A model generated the notes under the pieces. The model ran no database searches. It was given only the letters and a program-made list of their open reading frames with translations, and was not told the origin of the DNA. From Patescibacteria group bacterium (GTDB lineage: Bacteria > Patescibacteriota > Microgenomatia > Daviesbacterales > UBA10151): a stretch of 64,000 nucleotides of DNA. Both the position numbers and the translations under genes were made by a program. Numbering within the stretch: the stretch's first letter is position 1; the number at the start of each line of letters is the position of its first letter. The stretch lies in assembly GCA_023379125.1 (NCBI GenBank), contig JAMCSY010000011.1:5333-69332 (forward strand), read 5' to 3'. Shown piece by piece: positions 9,756 through 19,163 of this stretch.

Positions 9756-11572
9756 TAAGCCCGAGCTTGTAATCTAAATAATGAAGCATATTTACCATTA
9801 AGTTTCATTAACTGCTCATGATTACCAGACTCTGTAATCTTGCCTTTATCTATCACATAAATCCGATCTGCATTTCTGACAGTAGAGAAACGATGGGAAA
9901 TAATAATGACACTTTTCTCGCGAGAGAGTTTTTCCACTCGACTAAAAATTTCTGCTTCTGCCTTAGCATCAATTGCTGATGTAGGCTCATCTAAAACCAA
10001 AACAGGAGCATTTCTCAAAAAAGCTCTGGCTAAGGCAATCCTTTGCCATTGCCCAGTAGAAAGTTCAGCACCTTTTTCCCAATTTCTACCTAACATTTGC
10101 TGATAACCAGCGTCTAACTTTGAAATCATCTCATGAGCCCCAGCAGAAGTAGCAGCAGTAATAATTTCTGGTAGTTCAATATGGCGATGGATATCACCAA
10201 AATTAATATTTTCTTCAACAGTATGCTCGTACCTGTTAAAATCTTGAAACAGTACTCCTACATTTTGATACCAACTTTCCAAGTTAATTTCTTTCAGGTT
10301 TTGACCATTAATCAGAATCTCACCTTGAGAAACATCATAAAAGCGGGTTAGCAGCTTTATGGCAGTAGTTTTTCCAGCTCCGTTTTCTCCCACAAAAGCA
10401 ATCTTTTCTCCAGGCTTAATTACTAAAGAAAAATCTTTTAGTGAGTTCTTTTTGCTATCCGGATAAGTAAAGTCAACATTTCTAAACTCAATTAAGGGAG
10501 CTTTCTTCAAGCGAGGCAAAATTGTTGCATGAGGATCAGAGGTAATAATCGGCTCTGTATCCAAGACATCAAAAATGCTTTGAATATACAGACTGCTTTC
10601 ATAGATATCGTTTAAATTCCGAAACAGCCCACCTAAAGAATTTTGAAAATTACCAATTATTCCACCGTAAAAACCAATATCACCAACTGTGAGTTTTTTC
10701 ACTAAGACTTGTACTATGACATAAAATTGAATCCCGATTAAAACTCCAGCTGATAAAATTCCGAATAAAGCACTTGATAGGTACTCCTTTTTGGCAATCT
10801 GGGTATTTTCCCGATAAAATTTTTCTTGAGTTTCTTTAATCTCTTTCAAAAACTTATCCGCCAGCTTAAACAGTTTAATCTCTTTGATCCAATGGCTGCT
10901 CTGTAAAATATAGGACAGGTAAAAAAAGCGTTTTCTTTCCGGTGTGTTTTTACTCCAGATTCCCCAAGATAACTTGGAGTGATAAGTTTGCTGGATAAAC
11001 TCGGGCACAGCAATCGCTAAAATTAGGGGGATCAGTAACCAGTTTAGCCTAGCTACAATCCCCAACGTGACACCAATTTGAATTACTCCTTGCATCACTA
11101 ACAAAGCACTGTCCACAACCCGTGGGGGACGAAAATTCGCACTGTCGCGAACCTTGTCTAGCAAGTCATTAAAATCACTGTTTTCAAAGTACTGCACATC
11201 TAAGTGCGCAGTCTTTTTATATAAAACTTGATTTAAATAAATGGGGAACTTGGTCCACAGCAGGCGATGGACAAAATTTTGAGTATTAAAAGCTAGATCA
11301 GAAATAAAATATACTGCTAAACTTAAGCCTAGTAGTAAATAAAGCTGGTTCCAATTAATCGCTGATTGATTTAAAGCACTCACCACAAAATTAATAATTA
11401 GCTTGGCGATATAAGCATTTAAAAAAGGAGTCACTGACGGGACAAGTACGACTACTGCCGAACCAATAAACATCCGCCGGTCAACCTGCCAAGTCAATTT
11501 AAGCAGTCTAAAAGTGGTAATAAAAGTATCTTTAAATTGAGCTGTTTTATTAATATTTCCTGTTTTTTCCAT
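9749..11572 (-). CDS. ABC exporter, fused permease and ATPase
   Basis: TM domain, Walker A GENGAGKT, signature LSTGQWQR, Walker B VLVLDE, H-loop SHR. Confidence 0.93.
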   Translation of the reverse strand: MEKTGNINKTAQFKDTFITTFRLLKLTWQVDRRMFIGSAVVVLVPSVTPFLNAYIAKLIINFVVSALNQSAINWNQLYLLLGLSLAVYFISDLAFNTQNFVHRLLWTKFPIYLNQVLYKKTAHLDVQYFENSDFNDLLDKVRDSANFRPPRVVDSALLVMQGVIQIGVTLGIVARLNWLLIPLILAIAVPEFIQQTYHSKLSWGIWSKNTPERKRFFYLSYILQSSHWIKEIKLFKLADKFLKEIKETQEKFYRENTQIAKKEYLSSALFGILSAGVLIGIQFYVIVQVLVKKLTVGDIGFYGGIIGNFQNSLGGLFRNLNDIYESSLYIQSIFDVLDTEPIITSDPHATILPRLKKAPLIEFRNVDFTYPDSKKNSLKDFSLVIKPGEKIAFVGENGAGKTTAIKLLTRFYDVSQGEILINGQNLKEINLESWYQNVGVLFQDFNRYEHTVEENINFGDIHRHIELPEIITAATSAGAHEMISKLDAGYQQMLGRNWEKGAELSTGQWQRIALARAFLRNAPVLVLDEPTSAIDAKAEAEIFSRVEKLSREKSVIIISHRFSTVRNADRIYVIDKGKITESGNHEQLMKLNGKYASLFRLQARAYQ

Positions 11573-11575
11573 AAT

Positions 11576-11721
11576 TTATAAGCTTCCCCAGACTGAAAAG
11601 TCCGGGGTTTTTCTCTGGCTAGCTTTCAAGCGCTTCGCTACCCGTTTGCCGGTAAAGCTTGAAGCCTACTTCGTCTACATCCACGAGCTGAGAGCTCGTG
11701 GTTTTGACGAAGCGGTTATAA
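11576..11721 (+). mobile_element. Structured repeat family A, copy 2
   Basis: TTATAA ends; hairpins CCCCAGACT-GAAA-AGTCCGGGG and CCACGAGCT-GAG-AGCTCGTGG; near-identical to 47102-47244. Confidence 0.8.
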
Positions 11722-11796
11722 TCATACCAAATATATCCCAAAATTAATTCCAAAACAGTCTGTGATTATAAGCATTTTTAGGATATAATCATAAAC

Positions 11797-12921
11797 ATGA
11801 CTACTGATGAGAAGCTGAGCTTGATTACTAGAAATTTGGAGGAAGTTTTAACAACTGACGAGTTGAGGAAACTATTAGAGTCAGGTACCCCTCTAAAACA
11901 CTACATCGGCTTTGAAATCTCTGGTAAGATCCATGTTGGCCAGGGGATTTTAAGCATGATGGTGATAAAAAATCTCCAAGAGGCAGGAGTAGATATTACA
12001 GTCTATTTAGCTGATTGGCACACCTGGCTTAATAAAAAACTAGATGGTAATTTGTCCACTGCTTCTAAAATGGCCTTGCAATATTTTGCCGAAGCAATGA
12101 AAGCTTGCGCTCTGGTAGTTGGTGCAGATCCAGAAAAAATAAAGTTCCTTTTAGGAAGCGAATTTTATAAGGCGAAAGGTCTAGATTATTGGTCCACAGT
12201 TATCAGAGTATCAAAAGAAACAACTCTCGCTAGAATGCTCAGATCTACCACGATTATGGGAAAAAAGGAAGAAGATATTACTGATTCAGCAATGTTGATC
12301 TATCCAGCGATGCAGTCAGCAGATATCTTCACGATGGGCGTTAATTTAGCACATTCTGGGACAGATCAACGGAATGTACATGTAATTGCTCGAGAAAATG
12401 CGGTTAAGCTAGGTTTTGATAAACCAATTGCCCTACATCAACATTTACTCTTAAGTCTATCCAAACCTGATGTTTGGCCCATCCCAGAGGGGGACAGAGA
12501 AGAATTAGCTCAGTCCATGAAAATGAGCAAGAGCAAACCCGATAGTGCCATTTTTATTCACGATAATCCAGATGAAATCAGAAGAAAGATTAAAGAGGCT
12601 TTTGCTCCAGAAGCAGAGGCTAAATATAATCCTATTTTGGATTGGACTAAATATTTAGTTTTTGGGTTACAAAGCGAGTTTACTATTAAAAGAGCGGAGC
12701 AATATGGTGGTAATGTTACTTATTCTTCATATGAGCAGCTTGAAAAGGACTACCAGCAAAAGAAACTTTATCCACTGGATTTAAAGAATGCTTTGGCTGA
12801 GTGGTTGATTAAAAAATTGGAGCCAGCCAGAACTTATTTTGAGGACCCTCAAAGACAACAAGCTTTAGCAGAAATAGAAAAGTTAACTTTGACGAAGCGA
12901 TATAATATTAAAAATGGATGA
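11797..12921 (+). CDS. tyrS: Tyrosyl-tRNA synthetase, archaeal type
   Basis: YIGFEISGKIHVG, LADWH, YPAMQSADIF, GTDQR, KMSKS; 374 aa with no bacterial S4-like C-terminal domain. Confidence 0.93.
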   Translation: MTTDEKLSLITRNLEEVLTTDELRKLLESGTPLKHYIGFEISGKIHVGQGILSMMVIKNLQEAGVDITVYLADWHTWLNKKLDGNLSTASKMALQYFAEAMKACALVVGADPEKIKFLLGSEFYKAKGLDYWSTVIRVSKETTLARMLRSTTIMGKKEEDITDSAMLIYPAMQSADIFTMGVNLAHSGTDQRNVHVIARENAVKLGFDKPIALHQHLLLSLSKPDVWPIPEGDREELAQSMKMSKSKPDSAIFIHDNPDEIRRKIKEAFAPEAEAKYNPILDWTKYLVFGLQSEFTIKRAEQYGGNVTYSSYEQLEKDYQQKKLYPLDLKNALAEWLIKKLEPARTYFEDPQRQQALAEIEKLTLTKRYNIKNG

Positions 12922-13021
12922 TTTAGTCAGAAAATATCGTTGGGTCTGGATTATTTTAACCATTGTTGGCACTGTTGCCATCTTAATTTTTTCACTCTTA
13001 CCACTTTTCTCAGCCTACTAG
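12914..13021 (+). CDS. Small single-pass membrane protein (35 aa), not in the ORF track
   Basis: MDDLVRKYRWVWIILTIVGTVAILIFSLLPLFSAY*; TATAAT 7 nt upstream; fills the tyrS-recG gap. Confidence 0.6.
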   Translation: MDDLVRKYRWVWIILTIVGTVAILIFSLLPLFSAY

Positions 13022-13039
13022 TAAAAGTATAATGCCCTC

Positions 13040-15067
13040 ATGCAGCTTGATACACCTCTTTCTGCCTTAATGGGCATTGGTCCAATTTTACTATCTAGGT
13101 TAAAAAAACTAAACCTTAATACTGTTGAAGATTTATTGAATTATTATCCCTTCCGCTATGAAGACTACTCACACATTTCTAGTGTGATGCAAGCCCAAAG
13201 TGGAGAAAAATTAACTTTATCAGGAGAGGTTTGGTCAATTGGTAATACTTATACTAAATTCAGAAAAGTCTTAACTAAAGCAATTTTTAATGATGGCAGC
13301 GGACCAATTGAGATCATTTGGTTTAACCAACCTTGGCTTATCAAAAGTATTACAAGTGGTGATAAACTGCAGATTTCTGGCAAAATCAAGAAAACTCGCT
13401 CGAAAATCCAAATTATTTCACCACAGTGGGAAAAACTTCAAGCTTTTTCCAATCAACAATATAATATCCACACAGGTAGGTTAGTTCCAGTTTATTCAGA
13501 AACTTATGGTCTAACTTCAAAGTGGCTAAGAGCCAAAATTTCTCAACTTTTACCCAATATGTTACCAAAAATAATAGATTACCTGTCAGAAGAAGTAAGA
13601 CAAGACATGCTAAGTCTGCCTGAAGCAATTACCCAAATACATTTTCCTGCTAATCTAGATGAAGCAAAGAATGCTTACCAGAGACTTGCTTTTGACGAAC
13701 TATTCCTGATTCAACTTGCTACTCTCCGACAGAAAGCCAGTTGGCAAAACAAAACAACCACTTACCCAATTGAAATTAACTCTGTAAAACTAGATCAATT
13801 TATCAATGATCTACCCTTTAGATTAACTAACGCTCAGCTGCGCGTGATCAAAGAAATTAGCCATGACCTAAGTCAGGGTACGCCAATGAATCGTTTAGTG
13901 CAAGGAGAGGTAGGGTCGGGCAAGACCGTCGTGGCCGCCGCTATCATATTTTTAACCTACCTAAGTGGACTCGGCTCAGTGGTGATGGCCCCTACAGAAA
14001 TTCTAGCTTTCCAGCATTATCAAACTTTAGACAAGCTATTAGGCCCATATGGGATCCAAATTGGTTTGTATACAGGTAGTAAGAAGTTTACCAAGCAAAA
14101 CATTAAACCAGAAGTAATCGTCGGTACACATGCTTTACTCTCCGATCAACTGAGCCTAGCAAATATCGGCTTGGCAGTAATTGACGAGCAGCAGCGGTTT
14201 GGTGTTGAGCAAAGAACAAAACTCCGACATAAGGCAAAAGTTCCACATTTTTTAACAATGACCGCTACACCAATACCACGTACAGTCGCCTTGACGCTTT
14301 ATGGTGATTTGGATTTGTCAGTGATTGATGAACTACCAAAGGGTAGAAAAGTTGTTCGAACATATTATGTACCCGAAAGCAAAAGAGCCGATTCTTATCG
14401 GTTTATTGAAAATGAGGTAAAAAATGGTTCACAAGTATATATCATTACTCCACTTATTGAGCAGTCAGAAACACTTCTTTCAGCTAAGGCTGCTAAAGTT
14501 GAGTTTGAAAGATTAAGCAAAGACATTTTTCCCAAGCTACGACTTGGCTTATTACATGGTCGGCTAAAATCCAAAGAGAAGGAAAAAGTGATCGCTGATT
14601 TTAAATTGCATAATATCGACATTCTTGTGTCAACATCTGTTGTGGAAGTAGGGGTTGATGTTCCTAATGCAACAGTCATGGCAATCGAAGGTGCGGACAG
14701 GTTTGGACTTGCCCAATTACACCAGCTTCGCGGCAGAGTAGGGAGAGGTGAAAAAGAATCGTTTGCTTTCTTGTTCGCTGAGGATAGTACTTACCCAGCA
14801 ATTTCCCGCTTAAAAAACCTGGAGAAAATTCACGACGGTCTACAACTATCAGAGTTAGATTTGCAAATTCGCGGCAGTGGGCAAATCTACGGGACAATGC
14901 AAAGTGGTAGTTGGGAGTTAAAAATCGCTTCTTTGACTGATCTAAATTTGCTAGAGAAAACGCGCAATTTTGCGCAAAAAATCTTGCAAGCAAGCCCCAA
15001 TCTTGACAAATACCCTCAACTTAAGGCAAAATTGACCAAGACTTTAGCAGAAGTTATGCCTGATTAA
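13040..15067 (+). CDS. recG: ATP-dependent DNA helicase RecG
   Basis: RLAFDELF, QGEVGSGKT, DEQQRFGVEQR, TATPIPRT, QLHQLRGRVGR. Confidence 0.97.
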   Translation: MQLDTPLSALMGIGPILLSRLKKLNLNTVEDLLNYYPFRYEDYSHISSVMQAQSGEKLTLSGEVWSIGNTYTKFRKVLTKAIFNDGSGPIEIIWFNQPWLIKSITSGDKLQISGKIKKTRSKIQIISPQWEKLQAFSNQQYNIHTGRLVPVYSETYGLTSKWLRAKISQLLPNMLPKIIDYLSEEVRQDMLSLPEAITQIHFPANLDEAKNAYQRLAFDELFLIQLATLRQKASWQNKTTTYPIEINSVKLDQFINDLPFRLTNAQLRVIKEISHDLSQGTPMNRLVQGEVGSGKTVVAAAIIFLTYLSGLGSVVMAPTEILAFQHYQTLDKLLGPYGIQIGLYTGSKKFTKQNIKPEVIVGTHALLSDQLSLANIGLAVIDEQQRFGVEQRTKLRHKAKVPHFLTMTATPIPRTVALTLYGDLDLSVIDELPKGRKVVRTYYVPESKRADSYRFIENEVKNGSQVYIITPLIEQSETLLSAKAAKVEFERLSKDIFPKLRLGLLHGRLKSKEKEKVIADFKLHNIDILVSTSVVEVGVDVPNATVMAIEGADRFGLAQLHQLRGRVGRGEKESFAFLFAEDSTYPAISRLKNLEKIHDGLQLSELDLQIRGSGQIYGTMQSGSWELKIASLTDLNLLEKTRNFAQKILQASPNLDKYPQLKAKLTKTLAEVMPD

Positions 15068-15096
15068 CTATTTTATCAGGATAGAAAAGTTGCATA

Positions 15097-15192
15097 TAGA
15101 ATTAATAAATAAGGAGGTCTCGGTGATGGACGATCCGGCGGTGAACATTTTTTAAGCTGCAGGAAGATATGTCCGGATCCGTCCAAATCTAG
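15097..15192 (+). promoter_or_regulatory. Structured 5-prime leader of rpmF (-10 box, SD, long GC-rich hairpin)
   Basis: TAGAAT at 15097, AAGGAGGT at 15111, stem TGGAC-GATCCGG (15127) pairing with CCGGATC-C-GTCCA (to 15185). Confidence 0.5.
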
Positions 15193-15393
15193 GTGTCTCA
15201 AGAACCAAAAAGAAAACATAGTAAAATGCGCAAGCGGACAAGACGCGCTTCGATCATGTTGAAAAACATGGGACTTGTTTTATGCACGAATTGCCATGAG
15301 CCAACTTTGTCACACCAAGTGTGTAAAAGTTGTGGTTTCTATGATCAAAAACAGGTTAACATTAAAACTGAGGTTAAGGTAACTAAAGCCTAA
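15193..15393 (+). CDS. rpmF: 50S ribosomal protein L32
   Basis: Basic N-terminus PKRKHSKMRKRTRR, CxxC...HxxCxxCGFY; GTG start. Confidence 0.93.
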   Translation: MSQEPKRKHSKMRKRTRRASIMLKNMGLVLCTNCHEPTLSHQVCKSCGFYDQKQVNIKTEVKVTKA

Positions 15394-15434
15394 AAAGTCA
15401 TTCCATCAGTCAATAGTCCAGTCAAAATCAACTA

Positions 15435-15842
15435 ATGAAAACCTCCAGTGACCCCCGCCACAAAAATCGTATCAGGCTAATGAAATCTTTATTTGCTTGG
15501 GACTTTCACAATCAAGATGACGACCTGGATAATTCAGCTAAAGATGTCATCAATCATATTGAATTGATTAATAGTGAGATTGGCAAAGCAGCTGCTCAAC
15601 GACCCTTGAAAGAGATTAATAAAATCGATTTAGCCATTTTACGGTTAGCAGTTTATGAATTGTTAGTCCAACCAAAACTTCATAGCCAAACTAGAGAAAA
15701 AAATGTTCCCTATAAAGTTATCACTGATGAGTCTGTTGAACTGGCTAAAGAGTTTGGTTCAGAGTCTAGTCCAAGTTTTGTAAATGGAGTCCTAGGGAAT
15801 ATTATTTCCGAGCATCATCTTGACGAACTGGGCTCAATTTAG
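15435..15842 (+). CDS. nusB: Transcription antitermination factor NusB
   Basis: IDLAILRLAVYEL, DESVELAKEFG, FVNGVLG. Confidence 0.95.
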   Translation: MKTSSDPRHKNRIRLMKSLFAWDFHNQDDDLDNSAKDVINHIELINSEIGKAAAQRPLKEINKIDLAILRLAVYELLVQPKLHSQTREKNVPYKVITDESVELAKEFGSESSPSFVNGVLGNIISEHHLDELGSI

Positions 15843-15894
15843 GGCTTGCATTTTTCCCAACTAATAGATTTTAATAATCTAAGTATTTAAATTT

Positions 15895-16131
15895 ATGGCC
15901 GATCAAAAACAAATCATTGAAGCTATTGCCCAAGCCTTAACTTTACCAGAAAGTGATATTGACCTGGATTCTTCTCTGCAAGATGATCTAGGGCTAAATC
16001 CAGTAGAGATCGCTGATTTACTGGGAAGTCTATCAAAGGAGTTTAAAATCTTCTTTGAACAATCAGACGTGACAGGCTTAAAAACAGTGGGTGATTTAGT
16101 TGTTTTAATAGAAGATAAGTTGTTAGAATAA
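15895..16131 (+). CDS. acpP: Acyl carrier protein homologue lacking the canonical Ser
   Basis: 78-aa acidic protein, SLQDDLGL and KTVGDLV pattern, directly upstream of rnc; DSL motif replaced by NPV. Confidence 0.75.
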   Translation: MADQKQIIEAIAQALTLPESDIDLDSSLQDDLGLNPVEIADLLGSLSKEFKIFFEQSDVTGLKTVGDLVVLIEDKLLE

Positions 16132-16155
16132 TCCTGCACTACCTTCTTTAATTTT

Positions 16156-16866
16156 ATGAGCGCAAATCTTGATGAATTTAGGCAGATACTGGAAAAATTA
16201 GGCTTAACGCCGACTAAAAACCCCTGCTACCAGACAGCTTTTATCCATCGTTCATATCTGAATGAGGCCAAAAATATTTCTAAATCTAATGAAAGGTTAG
16301 AGTTTTTAGGCGACTCTGTACTTTCTTTGATTGTTTCTACAGATCTTTATCAATCTCACCCTCAGGATGAGGAAGGTGAATTAACTAACTTACGAGCGTT
16401 TGTAGTCAAGACAGATTCTCTGGCAAAGGTCGCTCGTAATTTAGGACTGGGTAAGTTTTTAATGCTCTCAAAGGGAGAGGAGCTTTCGGATGGCCGAAAC
16501 AACACCCAAATTTTGGCTAACACTTATGAATCAGTTCTGGGAGCGGTATATTTAGATTTAGGACTCAACAGTGCCCGTAAATTTGTTGAGTCTACCTTAT
16601 TATCGTTTTTCCGCGAGGAAGTCGAAAAAGGGGCCCCTAAGGACCCTAAAAGCCAACTCCAGGAAGTGGCTCAGAATATTCTACAGTCAGCACCAAAATA
16701 CAAAATTCTACAAACTAGTGGCCCCGACCATGCTAAACATTTTACTGTTGGGGTGTTTTTACAAGGTCATCAAGCAGGAGAAGGTAGTGGCCCCAGTAAG
16801 CAACAGGCCGAAGAGATGGCTGCTCAACAAGCTTTAGAATACTTAGCTCAGCAATCCAAGAGTTAG
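16156..16866 (+). CDS. rnc: Ribonuclease III
   Basis: NERLEFLGDSVL signature, dsRBD DPKSQLQE...GPDH. Confidence 0.97.
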   Translation: MSANLDEFRQILEKLGLTPTKNPCYQTAFIHRSYLNEAKNISKSNERLEFLGDSVLSLIVSTDLYQSHPQDEEGELTNLRAFVVKTDSLAKVARNLGLGKFLMLSKGEELSDGRNNTQILANTYESVLGAVYLDLGLNSARKFVESTLLSFFREEVEKGAPKDPKSQLQEVAQNILQSAPKYKILQTSGPDHAKHFTVGVFLQGHQAGEGSGPSKQQAEEMAAQQALEYLAQQSKS

Positions 16867-17055
16867 TTAATCCTTAAGCTTGCTTTCATGAGCGTGCCTA
16901 TGGTAGTATGTGACAACGTTTAACTAATCTGGATTATGTTAGACAATGTCATAATTAAAGATAGTTGTAGACTTAAATGTTTAGCGGAAGGTGGCAAGTA
17001 ACTTTTAAGGTAAGACTTGAATAAGGCAGTTAGTACCCAAAAAGTTAAAAATTAT

Positions 17056-17550
17056 ATGTCTGTAAAAATAAGGTTAATGCGTATTGGCAACAAGAAACGC
17101 CCTTTTTATCGGGTGGTAGCTGTTGATGAGAGAAAAAAACGCGGGGGAGAATACATCGAAGCACTGGGGACTTATAATCCTCTAACTAAACCAAAAGAAA
17201 TTAATATTCATCAAGACCGTTTAGATGCTTGGAAAAAACAGGGAGCCATTTTCTCTGATGGGTTTTTAAGAATCATTGGACAAGCTCCACAAAGGCCACC
17301 ACGTAAACCCAAAAAAGTCAAGAATACACCTGCCGAGAAAGTAGCTACTGAGCCAGAACCTTCGGTAAACACTGAGTCATCCGCCAATGAGGAAACAGTA
17401 GTAACTCAACAAAATCCAGCAGAGGGTACAGCAGCAAGTTCTACAGCCGCAGAGTCAGCTAATCAGACTAGCGATGAGGGGCACGAGGCAAGTCCTGATA
17501 CAAGTAGCGAGGTCAAGCAAAGTGACGAAGTAAAAGAAAAGGATAAATAA
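17056..17550 (+). CDS. rpsP: 30S ribosomal protein S16 with long acidic C-terminal tail
   Basis: MSVKIRLMRIGNKKRPFYRVV...LGTYNP; start moved to ATG 17056. Confidence 0.95.
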   Translation: MSVKIRLMRIGNKKRPFYRVVAVDERKKRGGEYIEALGTYNPLTKPKEINIHQDRLDAWKKQGAIFSDGFLRIIGQAPQRPPRKPKKVKNTPAEKVATEPEPSVNTESSANEETVVTQQNPAEGTAASSTAAESANQTSDEGHEASPDTSSEVKQSDEVKEKDK

Positions 17551-17796
17551 GTGCAAGAACTGTTAGAGTATATCGTTAAAAATTTAGTCAGTAATCCAGA
17601 TCAGGTTAAAATTGATCAAGAAGTAAGTGATAACACCGTCAATTTAAATCTGACAGTTGCACCAGATGATATGGGAAAAGTTATTGGCAAAGCAGGCCAG
17701 ACAATTCGCTCAATCCGTCGATTGCTAGTGACTGTTGCTATGTCTACTAATTCTGGAACTCGAGTGAGCCTGAACTTGGTCGAGGAAGCAAAATAG
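17551..17796 (+). CDS. khpA: KH-domain RNA-binding protein (KhpA/YlqC family)
   Basis: DMGKVIGKAGQTIRSIR; usual position after rpsP. Confidence 0.88.
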   Translation: MQELLEYIVKNLVSNPDQVKIDQEVSDNTVNLNLTVAPDDMGKVIGKAGQTIRSIRRLLVTVAMSTNSGTRVSLNLVEEAK

Positions 17797-17805
17797 TTAT
17801 TGTTG

Positions 17806-18480
17806 ATGAAAATCAACATCGTTACTTTATTTCCAAAACAGTTTATGCCATTTCTGGAAACTTCAATTGTTGGCCGAGCTGTCAAACAGCATAAAGTTGA
17901 ATTCAATTTAATTGATTTACGTCAGTTTGGTGAGGGAAAACACCAGATAGTTGATGATCGTCCTTTTGGCGGAGGACCAGGTATGATTTTGAAAGCTGAT
18001 ATCTTAGCCAAGGCAGTTAAATCATTGCCTTACAAACCATATACTCTTCTTATGTCAGCCTCAGGCAAGCCTTATAATCAGCAGCTAGCTCAACAGTTTT
18101 CTCAACTTCCAGAACTATTGATCATTGCTGGGCACTACGAAGGTGTTGATCAAAGATTTGTCGATAAGTATGTTAACGAAGAAATTTCGATCGGTGATTA
18201 CGTATTAACTGGCGGCGAGATTCCCACTATGGTAATTGCTGATTCGATAGTCCGTCTCATCCCTGGAGTACTTAAAAAAGCTGAGGCAACTGAACAAGAA
18301 AGTTTTAGTCACAACCTCCTCGAATATCCCCAGTACACCAGACCAGAGAATTTTGAAGGGGCAAAGGTACCTCCAGTACTACTATCTGGTCACCATCAAC
18401 AAATTAAACAGTGGCAAAAACAACAATCAGAAGAAAAAACTACTCACCTCAGACCTGACCTGCTCACCAAAAATCACTGA
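17806..18480 (+). CDS. trmD: tRNA (guanine-N1)-methyltransferase
   Basis: VDDRPFGGGPGM, GHYEGVDQR, SIGDYVLTGGE, LLEYPQYTRP. Confidence 0.97.
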   Translation: MKINIVTLFPKQFMPFLETSIVGRAVKQHKVEFNLIDLRQFGEGKHQIVDDRPFGGGPGMILKADILAKAVKSLPYKPYTLLMSASGKPYNQQLAQQFSQLPELLIIAGHYEGVDQRFVDKYVNEEISIGDYVLTGGEIPTMVIADSIVRLIPGVLKKAEATEQESFSHNLLEYPQYTRPENFEGAKVPPVLLSGHHQQIKQWQKQQSEEKTTHLRPDLLTKNH

Positions 18481-19163
18481 AAGGGATCAGCTTTACCCAA
18501 GGGAACAGACACATTCTCACTGGTAGTGTTTATTACTAGAGGAGCACTTCGACTATAGAGTTGTTGCAATACCGTCTTATCTTTTTCGTTAAGCTTAGCT
18601 ACTGGTTGTTCCGGATTAATCTTGGAGGCAGAAACTGTTTTGTAATAGGCATCAATAGGCAAAGTAATTTCTGCTCCATCACCCTGATTAGAAAATCTAA
18701 TTGCCTCAACTGTTACTGCCCGCTGAAAATTATCTAAATTACTTAAAAACAGTCCTAGCTGTGGTGGTTGGCCCAAAGCAGTTAAGTTTAATACATAGCT
18801 ACTGTTGTCTCCAGTTTGTTTGAGTTGACCAAAATTAAGATTTTTAGTGATCAGTGCAGATTGACTCATTAATCCTTGTATTGAAACCACAGTTTCTGGG
18901 ACAGCAGGGGAGGTAGGTAAAACATTCAGTAGGATCTGTAAATCTTTTGACATTTGATCTGAATCTAAACTATTCAGATCATTAATTTTAGTTTCCAATC
19001 GCGTACTTCGATCATTAAGGGCACTAATTTTTTTCTGAGTATCAAGATAACTTAACAGTTGTGGAACAATCACCAGACCCACTACTGAGACTGAGACAAC
19101 CAGCACAACTATGGGAATTACTAAAAAACTATATTGTTGAAAAGTAAATTTTATTTGGTCCAT
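18474..19163 (-). CDS. pilO: Type IV pilus alignment protein, PilO-like
   Basis: N-terminal TM, coiled coil, LP...FLSNLDNFQRAVTV; third gene after pilM and pilN. Confidence 0.7.
   Translation of the reverse strand: MDQIKFTFQQYSFLVIPIVVLVVSVSVVGLVIVPQLLSYLDTQKKISALNDRSTRLETKINDLNSLDSDQMSKDLQILLNVLPTSPAVPETVVSIQGLMSQSALITKNLNFGQLKQTGDNSSYVLNLTALGQPPQLGLFLSNLDNFQRAVTVEAIRFSNQGDGAEITLPIDAYYKTVSASKINPEQPVAKLNEKDKTVLQQLYSRSAPLVINTTSENVSVPLGKADPFQ

Noticed and set aside
15127-15185. SRP RNA
   Set aside because: Lacks the CAGG...GNRA...AGCA domain IV motif on either strand
16867-17055. Structured rpsP leader
   Set aside because: Only weak AT-rich stems (TAACTTTT/AAAAGTTA); insufficient support
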